A DNA stretch of 64,000 nucleotides from Octopus sinensis (Eukaryota). Below, piece by piece: positions 1 through 12,505 of the stretch (positions within the stretch are counted from its first letter, which is position 1; every line of letters begins with the position of its first letter). The position numbers and the translations under genes are program-made. The DNA is taken from positions 62,001 to 126,000 of the forward strand of contig NW_021836141.1 of assembly GCF_006345805.1 (NCBI RefSeq), in the 5' to 3' direction. Below the pieces are notes generated by a model that had not been told where the DNA came from, did no database searches, and worked only from the letters and a program-made list of their open reading frames with translations.

Positions 1-250
1 GTATATATATATTTATATATGTGTGTGCGTGTATGTTTGTATGTCTGTGTTTGTCCCCCCAACATCGCTTGACAACCGATGCTGGTGTGTTTATGTCCCC
101 GTCACTTAGCAGTTCGGCAAAAGAGACCGATAGAATTAGTACTGGGCTTACAAAGAATAAGTCCCGGGTCGAGTTGCTCGATCAAAGGCGGTGCTCCAGC
201 ATAGCTGCAGTCAAATGACTGAAACAAGTAAAAGAGTAAAAGAGTAAAAA
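1..250 (+). mobile_element. SINE family A, 3' half
   Basis: Matches the 3' half of the full copy at 50875-51270 and ends in the GACTGAAACAAGTAAAAGAGTAAAAGAG tail. Confidence 0.9.
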
Positions 251-253
251 AGA

Positions 254-720
254 TATCCAGTTTTCTTGTATCGATTGTATGATCAGACTTTATGGGGAAT
301 TCTCACAAGCTCTTGTAATTCTCATTTTCTGTCACAGCTTCCGGTTTATATTCATGCCAGTTTTCGATGGTTTTGAAGCCATATAAACATCTTGATGGAC
401 CCTTTTATCTTTGCAAACATCCTGATGATGTCTACGCAAACATCCCAATAAACTCTTTTATCTGGCAAACATCCTGATGAGCCCTTTTGTCTTTGCAAAC
501 ATCGCGATGATGTCTACACAAACATCCTGATGAACTCTTTTATCTGGCAAACATTCTGATGAAATCTTTTGTCTGGCAAACTTCCCGATGAGCTGTTTAG
601 TCTTTGCAGTCATGTCTGTGTTTATACTCCTTTTGTGCTAGTACACTACACTCACTCAAAAACTTCTATTTCCTTTCTTGTAATTTCTACATTTGTGGCC
701 TGACTTGGTTTTGTTTCTGT
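254..720 (-). mobile_element. RLE-clade non-LTR retrotransposon fragment (R4/Dong-like), zinc knuckle to endonuclease start
   Basis: Minus-strand translation gives LSECSVLAQKEYKHRHD ... GFKTIENWHEYKPEAVTENENYKSL*EFPIKSDHTIDTRKLDI. This matches the R4/Dong CCHC-RHD and 'WYEHxP...ENxxxKILWDFxIQTD..I.A.KPD' motifs. Confidence 0.8.
385..608. repeat. Minisatellite with units of 30/23/29 bp inside the RLE fragment
   Basis: The AAAC anchor recurs at 385, 415, 438, 467, 497, 520, 549 and 578. Confidence 0.9.
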
Positions 721-764
721 GGAGGCAACATGTAGATGGGGTAGACTATTTCTAAATGTTGATG

Positions 765-1145
765 GAATATGATGAAGTGGTAAGAAAGGATCTTCAGATT
801 TTGGGCCTCAGAGAGGGGATGGACAAGGGACCAAGACACCTGGCAGTTTGTTGTACTCAAGAAGACACATGAGGCTAAGGAAAATCATGGCTCTCCTTGA
901 ATATACCATGTTCCCTGCATCCCCCTTCAGCTGAGTGATCATAAGCCTGCAGACTTGTGGCAGCTGGTGCCATATTAAAAGCATCAATTACACTCTGTAA
1001 AGTAGTTAGCATTAGGAAGGCATCCATCTATGGAAACCATGTCTAAACAAGCATGGAGCCTGAAAGCTCTTCAGCTGGCCAGCTCTTGTCACACCATCTA
1101 ACTCATGCCAGCATAGAAAATGAGCGTTAAATGATGATGATGATG
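765..1145 (+). mobile_element. RTE LINE 3' end (degenerate)
   Basis: Resembles the ORF end (EVVRKDLQILGLRE) and 3'UTR of the copy at 18755-19967; (GAT)n tail. Confidence 0.75.
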
Positions 1146-1207
1146 TGGTGGTGGTGTGGTGGTGGTGGTGGTGGTGGTGGTGGTGTTGGTGGTGGTGGTG
1201 GTGGTGG

Positions 1208-1265
<58 letters not shown>

Positions 1266-1378
1266 GTTGGTGGTGATGATGATGATGGTGGTGGTGGTGA
1301 TGATGATGATGATGATGATGATGATGGTGATGATGGTGGTGGTGGTGGTGGTGGTTGTAGTGGTGGTGATGGTGATAG

Positions 1379-1422
<44 letters not shown>

Positions 1423-1487
1423 GTGATGATGTTCATGATGATGATCATGATGATGATCATGATGATGATCATGAAGATGATGATCAC
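1131..1487. repeat. Compound (GGT)n/(GAT)n microsatellite extending the RTE tail
   Basis: Directly visible; it is the source of the spurious poly-D/G/M/V ORFs. Confidence 0.95.
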
Positions 1488-1859
1488 TGGAATTTTTTTT
1501 GCAATTTTACTCTGGATTCAGTTATGAGAACTCATTTGGTCTTTAAACTTTTTCTGCTATCGGTAGGAGATCTGAACCCATTTATAACACATCTCCATGC
1601 TCAGTTTATCAATATATACACTAGTATATCTCATTTTGCTGACTAAAGTGCTGCACATAGCTTGTATGCCTCTCGCAAGTCTTTTTTCCACCCAATCTCC
1701 CTCAGTGACCACCAGATCAATAGAGCATGAAACCTTGTCAAAGGCTTTCTCACAATCAACAAATGCCTACAATAGGATCTCATTCTTTGGCAGGATACTT
1801 CATCTGATACTGATTTACTACAAGGGTGGTATCAATAGTACACATCTATAGTAGAAAAG

Positions 1860-2225
1860 CATATATATGTATGTGTGTTGGAGGTGTATATAGATAGATA
1901 GATAGATAGATAGATAGGTTGGCAGAAATACATATATATATATATATATATATATGTATTCATATACACATATACATATGTACATAAACATAGATATATA
2001 AATATATGTATGTATATGTATATATATATATATATGTAAATGTATGTACATAGATGTAAATACATGCACACACACACACACACATATATACATACATAGA
2101 TGTACACACATACATACATGTGTGTGTATGTGTGTGCACATGCATGTTTGCGTACGTGTGTGCATGCATATGTGCATGCATGTGTATGCACGTGTGTGTC
2201 TGTGTCTGTGCGTGCATGCGTGTGT
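1860..2225. repeat. Compound (TA)/(CA)/(TAGA) microsatellite
   Basis: Directly visible. Confidence 0.95.
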
Positions 2226-2609
2226 TTAGTTGTAAAAGATATAACGAAAAACAATACAGAAAATAATACATATTTTTCTCCATCATTTCCCTTAATTATT
2301 CTTTTCTTGGATGAAATTTTCTGCTGAACAAATTGTAGGTTTGCCAATAGTAGACAGAAAATTTTTCTATAATTGTCAAAGATTGACAGTAATTCTACCT
2401 TCAATTTCACATGAAGGAGAGACATCAAATTTCTTTTGGCAACAGGATAGAAATACCATCATTGTTTTATATAGTCTGACTGCAACACTATGAAAACTTA
2501 CGGCTAGAAATTAACTTTCAAAGCAAATTCTAGCATTCTATGCCAAATGGTATTACAATGGTGATGATGATGATAGATGTGTGTGCTTATGTATATATGT
2601 ATATATATA

Positions 2610-2661
<52 letters not shown>

Positions 2662-2674
2662 TATATATATACAC

Positions 2675-2725
<51 letters not shown>

Positions 2726-3274
2726 ATATACACACACACATATATATATATATGTATGTATATCTGTGTATGTATGTATATGTAATCAATTTGTTATTAG
2801 TATTTGTAAACATGTTCATATGGTCATGTAAAGTTTCGAGTAAATAAATATGCATCATCAAGAATAAAAATGCAACAAATGTAACAAAAAAAAAAAGATA
2901 AACAAATTTCTAAAGGAAGAATATGCTAGAAAATGTTGAGGATTATTTTGGCTGTGAATCAACATTTTCCATCCTGAAGCTTAGCCACCGTAGTATTACA
3001 AGACGAGAACTTACAAAATATTCACACTCCATTTGAGAGGATATAATACTTGCGATTACTTTTGATATTTTATTCATGTATTACTCATAATAATTCAATA
3101 TTATTACTGCAAGAACACCACACCAGTTCTATTTTTGCCGTTTATTGTTGTTTAAACACTAAGATTCAAATTTGCTTGGAAATGTCATACATTCAGCGGT
3201 GGTGCTGCCCCAGCATGGCCGCAGCCTTCGGGCTAAAACATTTTTAAGGATTTAAGGATATTTAAAATGGTAAC

Positions 3275-3425
3275 TTACTCTTTTACTCTTTTATTTGTTT
3301 CAGTCATTTGACTGTGGTCATGTTGGAGCACCGCCTTTAGTCAAGCAAATGGAACCCAGGACATATTCTTTGTAAGCCTAGTACTTATTCTAACGGCCTC
3401 TTTTGCTGAACCGCTCAGTTACTTA
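3275..3425 (-). mobile_element. SINE family A, 3' fragment
   Basis: Reverse complement of the family A tail. Confidence 0.8.
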
Positions 3426-3589
3426 ACCCCTCTCCTGAACCTGCTGGTCTTATGCCAAAAATTCAAACCATTATTATATTTTTATCATTATCATTATTAT
3501 TATTAGTAGTAGTAATAGTAGTATTATTAATAATAATAACAATAATGATGATAATGATGATGATGAAGATGATGATGATAATAATTCTT

Positions 3590-3795
3590 TCTATTATAGA
3601 TAGGCACAAGGCCTGACATTTGAGGGAAAGGGGCTAGTCGATTACATCAATCCCAGTGTTTCACTGGTACTTAATTTTTCAACCCCAAAAGGATGAAAGG
3701 CAAAGTTGACCTCAGCAGAATTTGAACTCAGAACGTAGAGACAGATGACACACCACTCAGCATTTTACCTGGCATGCTAACGATTCTGCTTGCAC
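3590..3795 (-). mobile_element. SINE family B
   Basis: Reverse complement of the GAGTTCAAATT...CCTTTCATCCTTT.GGGGT core. Confidence 0.8.
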
Positions 3796-3810
3796 ACCAC
3801 TTTAATAATG

Positions 3811-3861
<51 letters not shown>

Positions 3862-4080
3862 GGCTTGTGTAGGATGGAAGATTGCAAAGATAAAGCACTG
3901 TACAAGGACTTGAGAATAAAAGAAACAGAAAATAGTTGGATAAAGAAAAGAATGCATGGACAATTTCATAGGGATGTTGAAGATATGACAGACAGAGGAA
4001 AAAGATGGCTATGGATGACTAAAAGCGATTTAAAACTGGAAACAGAGGCTCTAATCTGTGCCACCCAGGAGCAAGCATTA
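3862..4080 (+). mobile_element. R4/Dong-like retrotransposon fragment abutting (TAA)n
   Basis: WIKKRMHGQFHRDVEDMTDRGKRWLWMTKSDLKLETEALICATQEQAL is the R4/Dong post-RT motif; (ATA)n lies at 3804-3861. Confidence 0.85.
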
Positions 4081-5388
4081 AATGGTGCCCCAGCATGGGA
4101 ACAGTTCAATGACTGAACGATGTAAATGATAAAAAAATACGTGTGTGTATTTGTGTGAGGGTGTATGTTGTTTATATATGTATGCCAGTATAAACTGTTT
4201 CCTTGAGTTATGTCCTCTCTTTGATATAATGTGAGCAGAAAAATAAGTGCCAGACTTCTGTAATTAGAGGCCATTTCTGTGATCGGCTTAAATGCTTGAA
4301 GGTAGTGCCCCAACATAGCCACAGACCAATAATTGAAACTAGTAAAAGAATAAAAGAATAGACAGCTAATACATTTGAAATATACAGGGTGATTATGTAT
4401 GGGTGTCATTTCCATTCTAGAGCAATTCATAGTTTTACACCATTCTATCATTGGAACTTCATTTATTGACACATAAAAGCAGGAACAGCAGCTAAGTTTC
4501 ACATTAGCAAAATTTAAACTCAAAAGAATAATGTTACCACTTTTGGCAGTCTGCCAACGCCTGCCACTAACTCTTTTCATTTCTTATTGCTCATTTAAAT
4601 AACTGTCATGATCATCATCAGCCCCACCATCACCAATACAACCACTATCATCCTCCACTCCTCTCCCCCTAGTCAATGATAATCCTCATTAGTTTTGTTT
4701 GTATTTCTTTATTGGCACACATTGTCCACGCTTTCATTTCAAAGTTGTAGATTCTTCGGAGCAGTTTTCAATTTCTCTCTGAATTCAAGTTCTCTCTGAT
4801 CACAATTTACCACTTTCTTCATCCTCATTGAATGAAATTATTTCATTCATTTCAGCTACCACCAATCCTTACTCTTTTACTGTGAACATATCATCCATGT
4901 TCTTCACATATTCAAAGAGAGCAATTCACATTTTATTTATCAATTACCTCAGGTTCTGGACATATAACACCTTTCTTGGCTTATTCAAATTATTATTTTC
5001 TTGACACAAAGAATCCTCTCATTTCCCTGCTCATGTTTCACTGTCATGCAAAGCAACAATTTCTGACACATTCATTTTACCACTTTGGCTTTCCTTCAAA
5101 GTTAGAAACCTTTTGTGATCTACCAGGTCATAATGTTCCCAAAATTCTTCACACCTCTACTGATTTCAGATACCAAACCACTGTGAAACCAAAATGCTTC
5201 TATGCAATTATTCCATTTGAAATAAATCACATCCTACCATCTTACAAAATAGAAACACATTGAATTATATAGATTTAGATGTATGACAAGATGAATATGG
5301 CAGGAATGCTTTGATCATAAGTTTGCTCCATCTTGGATGACTTTGGATTAAACAACAACAACAACAAAAACAACAAGTGTTAGATGGT

Positions 5389-5455
5389 AATGTAGTGAAC
5401 CAATGTAGTGAACCAAAGTAGTGAACCAATGTAGTGAACCAATGCAGTGAACCAA
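5389..5455. repeat. 13-bp tandem repeat (AATGTAGTGAACC) x5
   Basis: Directly visible. Confidence 0.9.
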
Positions 5456-6287
5456 GAAATTTAAATTAACAATACAACAGTTTTATCAAGGAGAAAAAAA
5501 AACATTAACTAAATGATTAATTCTTGTGAAGAAAGATAATAGAAACTCCCCTGAAATGTAAATTAATTAATTAAAATAGTATGAAGGAATGTGGTGTGGA
5601 GGGTGTCTGATCTTTGGTGTGTGCAATGACAACTACAGTCATGTTTTTGTGTTATAAAGTCTCTTCAGAGTGGTGAACTAACAGAACGGTTACCATGCCA
5701 GGCAAAAAACTTCTCAGCATTTTGTCTGTCATTTTTGTTCCAGAGTTCAAATTCTGCTGGGGTCTACTTTACTGTTCATCCTTTCGGGGTCAATGAAATA
5801 AGTAGTTGAGCACTGGGGTTGATATAATCAACTTAGTCTCTCCCTTAAAATTTCAAGCCTTCTGCCTATAGCTGAAAGGATTATTCAATCTCCTCAACAG
5901 AAAATTGTCTTTACAATTACTGAGAAATTTTAAATTGCTTAGAAGATAAAAAGAATGCCAGTGAATAAACACTAATAGATTTGACAACTTAAAATAACAA
6001 CCTGGGGAAGGTTTTCCAGGGATGCCTTCTGCAAGATAACATAACTTAACTGTTGCTTCCAGAAGCCATCACATTATTTCACAGTCAGTATCTTTTAATA
6101 CAAGCTATCATCATCATCATCATCATCATCATTGTTTAACGTCCCCTTTCCATACTGGCATAAGTTGGACTGTTTGACTGAGGACTAGCAAGCCAGTAGG
6201 TTGCACCAGGCTCCGTTCTGATCTAGCAAGGTTTCTACAGTTGGATGCCCTTCCTAACACCAAAAGTTACCAAAAAGGAAATAAGCC

Positions 6288-6520
6288 AGCAAGCTGGCAG
6301 AAACATTAGCAGGCCAGGTGAAATGCTTACCAGTATTTCATCTGCCGTTACGTTCTGAGTTAAAATTCCGCTGAGGTCGACTTTACCTTTCATCCTTTTG
6401 GGGTAGATAAATTAAGTACCAGTTATGCACTGCGGTCGATATAATCGACTTAATCCATTTGTCTGTCCTTGTTTGTTGCCCACTATGTTTAGCCCTTTGT
6501 CAGCAATAAAGAAATAAGAA
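6288..6520 (+). mobile_element. SINE family B
   Basis: Collinear with the copy at 40048-40279. Confidence 0.85.
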
Positions 6521-7214
6521 ACTAAAAACTGTTAAGTATTTTATTACAGCACCTTCTGGTTGATTGTTTTGTTGTTTTTATTTATCTGCTGCAGTGTCTT
6601 GAACCTGTAGATTTACTGGATAGATTCTTGAAACTCTTTTTTCATCGTAAATGATCATCGACAGAGAGGTAATCTGGACTTCAAGTAGAAGAGAAATATG
6701 GACAATTGGCTGAACTAGAAAAAGATTAGAAGTGTAGCATAGCAGCAATAAACTGAATTGCAAAGGAAAGCAATTCTCAATGAAAGAGAACAGCAGAGTA
6801 TTGTACTTACTTATTCTTCCAACCAAATACAATAGATTTTATATTGTTAAATATGCTATCTATGAAGGATGTGACATTAATAACATCTAAATTACATTTA
6901 AATAATCAAATATTCAAAGTTAGCATATTATAGACGTTAAAGTGAGGCCAAGAGTCACTATATATGTTAAGTGATAAAGTGAAACAAATTTATATGAATA
7001 TTTATGTGATTATTTGCACATACTATATATTTCAGCAATAATCTGTAACTTAATTATCTCATAGCTTTTACTTTCATGAACTTAAATCCATATTGTTATG
7101 CTTAAAGGAGTTGAATGGAAATATATTTTGATATTTCCATTGGAATGTTTGAAACAAGTATTTATTTTATGTATTGTTAACCTCTCAAACACAATGAAGA
7201 GTAGAACTTATTTT

Positions 7215-7245
<31 letters not shown>

Positions 7246-7359
7246 TGAGTAATGCACAGAAATGTATACTTACTCCATGCAATGATTTTAATATCATATT
7301 GAATCAATATCAAAATGCCAAAACATTAGCTACTTAGTAATCATTTAGAAGTAAAATTT

Positions 7360-7985
7360 CATCATCATTATCATCATCATTTAATGTCCATTGTCCATCC
7401 TGGAATGGGTTGGATGGTTTGACCAGGTCTGGTAAGCTGGAAGACTACACCAGACTCCAATGTGATTTGGCAATGGTTTTCTACAGCTAGATGTCCTTCC
7501 TAACACCAACTACTCTGAGAGTGTAATGGGTGCTTTTATGTATCACACAAATGGCACAGGTGCCATTAGTGTGATGCTGGTGTCTGCCATAACTGTGATT
7601 TTGCTTAGCTTGATGGGTCTTTTTCTCAAGCATGACATAATGCCAAACGTTTCGATCATTACCTCTGTGAAGCCCAACACTCAAAAGGAACTGAACCACT
7701 TTGCCTCCATGAGGCCCAATGCTTGAAAGGAATTCAGCCACTTTGCTTCTGTGAAGCCCAATGCTTGAAAGGAACTCAGCCACTTTGCTTCCATGAGACC
7801 CAATGCTTGAACAGTGCTCTTTACATGTCACCAGCATGGGTGCCAGTTATGTGACACCAACATCAGCCATGACTACGATTCCACTTGGTTTGAGGAATCT
7901 TCTCAAGCCCAGCATATTACCAAAGGTCTCAGTCACTAGTCATTGCCTCTGTGAGGCTCAAAGTTTAGAGATTATGCTTCGCCAC
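7360..7985 (-). mobile_element. RTE LINE 3' region with internal ~41-bp tandem repeats
   Basis: (CAT)n tail, RTE 3'UTR motifs, and three to four 'gcccaatgcttgaaaggaactcagccactttgc' units at 7665-7810. Confidence 0.8.
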
Positions 7986-8587
7986 TCTAGAAAACAAAAT
8001 TTGTTTGCCATTATCTTTGACTAATGAATGACATGAGTCACTGAGACATAAGATTAAAGATTAAAGCAGAAAAACAAATTTCTAGAAACATCTCTGACTC
8101 CATGTGGTTTTTTTTCTGACTTTCAGATGAGGATCACAGTCCTTCTAGAGGAAATAGTAAAAGTGACATTGATATTTTACAGTATTATATCTTAAAACAA
8201 TCCTGGCCAACTTAGTAAATAAGTCTTCAATCAATTTTTGGCAGCATTTGGAAGATCTTTCTCTTCATGATAACCAAGAGGTTTAGGTGATATCCAGAAT
8301 AAGTTCTAAATGCATTACTTCCTGTCCAGCACCGAAAATGCTCTTGATGCATTCCAAAGTTGTTTTACTACAAGTATAGCATATTTATATTATGTGTCTA
8401 GAATTCATCATATTTTGTGCCACAGGATCAGTATTTTTTCTCCACAGTAGATGCAGATTGTCAGTTGTCTTTTAGATACAAAGAAGAGTTGCCACCGGAT
8501 AGAAGTCAGTATGATCATTTAAAAGAGATTGCTTTTTGCTGTCATCAGCACTGTCATGCTTGTCATTATCATCATTTATATACCATC

Positions 8588-8892
8588 TATCAGTATCGCC
8601 CGGCGTTGCTCGGATTTGTAAGGGAAATTACTATATAAGCATTTTTAGAGAGTTACTTCCCTTATATAAACCGAGAAAGAAATGCATTAAAAATGCGGTA
8701 AAATGATGGTAAATTTTTTTTTAAATCGTAGACTCATCGTAGACGTGTGCTAGTACCCAGAAGGGCTCGATATGAATCATGACTATAAGATACCCGCTTT
8801 TGGTTAAACTGCACCGCAAAATGTGGGAGTAGTTAGGAACCTAAATCGGAGTAGACAGACACACACACAACTTCAGTTTTATATATAAAGAT
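8588..8892 (-). mobile_element. Non-autonomous Helitron-type element
   Basis: The minus strand starts ATCTTTATATATAAAACTGAAGTTGTGTGTG and ends CCGAGCAACGCCGGGCGATACTGATAG, a subterminal hairpin. The ends are like those of 31845-32217. Confidence 0.7.
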
Positions 8893-9109
8893 ATTTACCA
8901 TGATGGCATTATTTCTTATCCTGATTTCAAAAATATTCTTAATCACATCAAAATTTGCTCATTCATCTTTTCATAAAATGGATCTGTTACATGTTTTTAA
9001 TATTGCATTATTTCTCAAAGGGGAAAGGTAGCAGAATCATTAGCATGCTGGGTAAAATACTTAGTGGTATTTTGTCTGTTTTTATGTTCCAAGTTCAAGT
9101 GCTGCTGTT

Positions 9110-9637
9110 GTCTTCTTCTTCTTCTTCTTCTTCTTCTTCTTCTTTCTTCTTCTTCTTCTTCTCCTTCTTCTTCTTCCAATCCATTCGCCACAAAGTATTC
9201 GAGCCTACTCTAAGCTACTAAGAGTGCATGTGGCAACTTGAAGATCCATCCACCACACGTGATAGACTGGCGGTTGCATGGGTGCAAAAGCTACATTGTT
9301 ATCCTCATTCTGTAAATGGTGGCTTTTAACAGGTGGAGATCTGAACCATCCTGCGAGTACAAAGGATTCGCAATCTAGACTAGGGTCTGAAAGTTTATCG
9401 CACCATAGTAGGTTACACTATGGTTCCTCTGCTTTGTGGGAGAAGTAGGAGGAAAGAGTGAGAGGAAGTTGTGATGAAAGATGGTAGCAGAGTTCACCCA
9501 CTCTCCCCCCGCTGGAGCCTCGTGGAGCTTAGGTGTTTTTGCTCAATAAACACTCACAATGCCTGGTCTGGGAATCGAAACCGCATTCTTACAACCATTT
9601 GTCTGCTGCCCTAACCACTGGGCCATTGCACCTCCAC
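9110..9637 (-). mobile_element. tRNA-headed SINE family F with (GAA)n tail, inserted in a family B copy
   Basis: Head GTGGAGGTGCAATGGCCCAGTGGTTAGGGCAGC...GGTTTCGATTCCC carries A and B boxes. Family B halves lie at about 9020-9105 and 9640-9760. Confidence 0.75.
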
Positions 9638-9936
9638 TGCTGCTGTTGTTGAGTTTGCCTTTAAGAATTGATAAAATAAGTACCAGTTGAGCACTGGAGT
9701 TGACTTACCCCTTGCCCCCAGACTTGCTGGTCTTGTGCTAGAATTTAAAATCAATATTACATTATTTCTCATCCATTCTTTCCCAACTTATATCAATTCT
9801 TTCTTTTCCTTCATTTTCACAATTTATTCTAATCAGTAAAATCCCAAATACTAAGACATGTCTGTACAGCTTTAAAAAGGAAAAAGGAGGATGACAACAA
9901 CGACAATGGCAATACTAATCATTGCTATTTTTGTAT

Positions 9937-10351
9937 ACTCTTTTACTCTCTAACTGGTTTCAGTCATTTGACTGTGGCCATGCTTGAGCACCGCCTTTAG
10001 TCAAGCAAATCAACCCAGGACTTATTCTTTGTAAGCCTAGTACTTATTCTATCAGTCTCTTTTGCTGAACCGCTAAGTTACGGGGACGTAAACACACCAG
10101 CATTGGTTGTCAAGCGATGTTGTAGGGACAAGCACTGACACACAAACATATACATACATACACACACATATATATATATACATATATACAACAGGCTTCT
10201 TTCAATTTCTGCCAACCAAATCCACTCACAAGGCTTTGGTCGGCCCGAGGGTATAGTAGAAGACACTTACCCAAGGTGCCACGCAGTGGGACTGAACCCG
10301 GAACCATGTGGTTGGTAAGCAAGCTACCTACACACAGCCATTCCTACGCCT
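9937..10351 (-). mobile_element. SINE family A, full length
   Basis: tRNA-like head, internal (TA)/(TG) tract and AAAAGAGT tail. Confidence 0.9.
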
Positions 10352-11340
10352 GTATTGATCCAAGATTTATTATCTTTTGCAGATGGTTATATACAAAAGT
10401 GAAATGATGTTTAAAGTGGTTATATGCAATAAAATGTTACTCAGGGAAATATAGTATTCTGAAAGGACAAAACTTCTGCTGTTAAAGACTTTTGTGCTTC
10501 GTTTTCATCTCAAGCTCATATAATTAGAATGTTTCTGGGCATTACGTATTTTTAAGCATTTAGTAGGCATTCCTGATCCCTAAAGTAAAACTCACAAACA
10601 TTGGAGACTGCTATGACAGAAACTGAATTCAATCAATTTACAATGTGGTACAGTATAAAATAGATCTCAGTATGATTTGAACAGCAAAACCATAAGCACT
10701 AAATTTGTCCTCGGCAGTTGTCAGTTCCAGTGCTTCTGCATCTGTGCTATCACAAAAGCCTGCTACCACTTTAATTAAGAAGAATTCAAAAGTTAGTTAC
10801 AAAGGTGAAAAACCAAAAAAAAAACAAAAAAAAAAAAAAAGGAAAAACAATAATGAAACAATTTGGTAAATAAATCAATGATGAAATCAAAGAAATGTAG
10901 CATGTTAATGAAGTTCGCAGCATACCGTCACTAATTAAAGCAAATAGTGATGTTGATATGAGATTTATCAAAGACAAACAAGTGCTTAATTATAGGTTTC
11001 ATCATCAGAAAAACAAGGAAACTCCAGGTTTATTAAATAAACATAAAAACAAAAATATAAATAATAGGTAATGTAATGAAATAAAATAAAATAAAATAGA
11101 AGCAACATCTCACCTCATCATAGTTTTCTATTTGGAAGTGTATTTCTTTTAGATTACAAACTATATACCAAGCATTATGTATCATGTCATCAAAAGTATA
11201 AAACCAAATAGTGATAAACCAGAAATAAAAATAAGGAAACAGGTGAATAGAAATTAAAATTCAATAAACAACAGCAATTTGGATTTCATTAATGTTTTGA
11301 TTAGTGCATGTGTACGTGTGTGATTGAGCACGTGTGTGTA

Positions 11341-11382
<42 letters not shown>

Positions 11383-11469
11383 TATCTGTGTATGTATATG
11401 TGTTTATCACACATACATGAAAGCAGTAATGATGGTGAAGATGAGATGATTATCATCATAAGGTAGTGA

Positions 11470-11640
11470 GTGATGATGATGATGATGATGATGACGATGA
11501 TGTTGATGATGATGATGATGATGACGATGATGTTGATGATGATGATGATGACGATGATGACGATGACGATGATGTTGATGATGATGATGATGATGATGAT
11601 GATGTTGACAATAATGACGACAATGATGACAATGACAATT
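11470..11640. repeat. (GAT/GAC)n microsatellite
   Basis: Directly visible. Confidence 0.95.
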
Positions 11641-11912
11641 CTGCACTGTTTTGCTGAGTGCACTCATTACAATAAACATCACAGTTTTAGCATCAGCATC
11701 ATCAAAGGAGTGTCATTGTTGTTCTTTAACCCCAGGCAATCTTGATTCAGCAACCTATGATCAAAGATATTCATACCCAATATTGACTCATTTAGGACTA
11801 CAGAGTTCAAGGTGCCCTCTTTTTTCCTAAGCTTGTAGGGTGTGATTTGAGGATATTTGTAGATTGAGGGACAACAAACAGGATCCTACAACAGGCTATA
11901 GAGCCAAGTAGG

Positions 11913-12505
11913 TGACAAGCTGGCAGAATCGTTAGCACATCGGCCGGAATGCTTAGCGGTATTTCGGCTGCTGTTATGTTCTGAGTTCAAATTCCGCCGA
12001 GGTTGACTTCACCTTTCATCCTTTCGGGGTCGATTAAATAAGTATCAGTTACACACTGGGGTCGATATAATTGACTTAATCCGTTTGTCTGTCCTTGATT
12101 TTCCTCTCTGTGTTTAGCCCCTTGTGGATTGTAAAGAAATAGGTATTTCATCTACCACTATGTTCTGAGTTCAAATTCTGCCTCGGTCGACTTTGCCTTC
12201 ATCCTTTCGGGGTCGATTAAATAAGTATCAGTTACACACTGGGGTCGATATAATTGACTTAATCCGTTTGTCTGTCCTTGATTTTCCTCTCTGTGTTTAG
12301 CCCCTTGTGGATTGTAAAGAAATAGGTATTTCATCTACCACTATGTTCTGAGTTCAAATTCTGCCTCGGTCGACTTTGCCTTCATCCTTTCGGGGTCGAT
12401 TAAATAAGTATCAGTTCTGCACTGGGATCGATATAATCAACTTAATCCGTTTGTCCTTGTTTGTCCTCTCTGTGTTTAGCCCCTTGTGGGTAGTAAAGAA
12501 ATAGG
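11913..12505 (+). mobile_element. SINE family B tandem trimer (one head, three bodies, ~183-bp period)
   Basis: GTTCTGAGTTCAAATTC recurs at 11978, 12162 and 12345. Confidence 0.9.

Noticed and set aside
385-608. CRISPR array, snoRNA C/D boxes or hammerhead array (CTGATGA repeats)
   Set aside because: There are no unique spacers and no GAAA core; the array is explained as an amplified retrotransposon coding segment.
1098-1646. Poly-D/G/M/V/I ORFs, and likewise the YIYI, HTHT and poly-N ORFs throughout the window
   Set aside because: They are translations of microsatellites, open in several frames and on both strands.
6578-6832. 84-aa ORF as a host exon
   Set aside because: No recognisable motif and no consistent splice sites.
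10640-10800. Minus-strand terminal exon (ACTAAC branch-like motif, VAGFCDSTDAEALELTTAEDK...)
   Set aside because: The acceptor is weak, the frame is short and the protein is not recognisable, so it is not supportable without RNA data.
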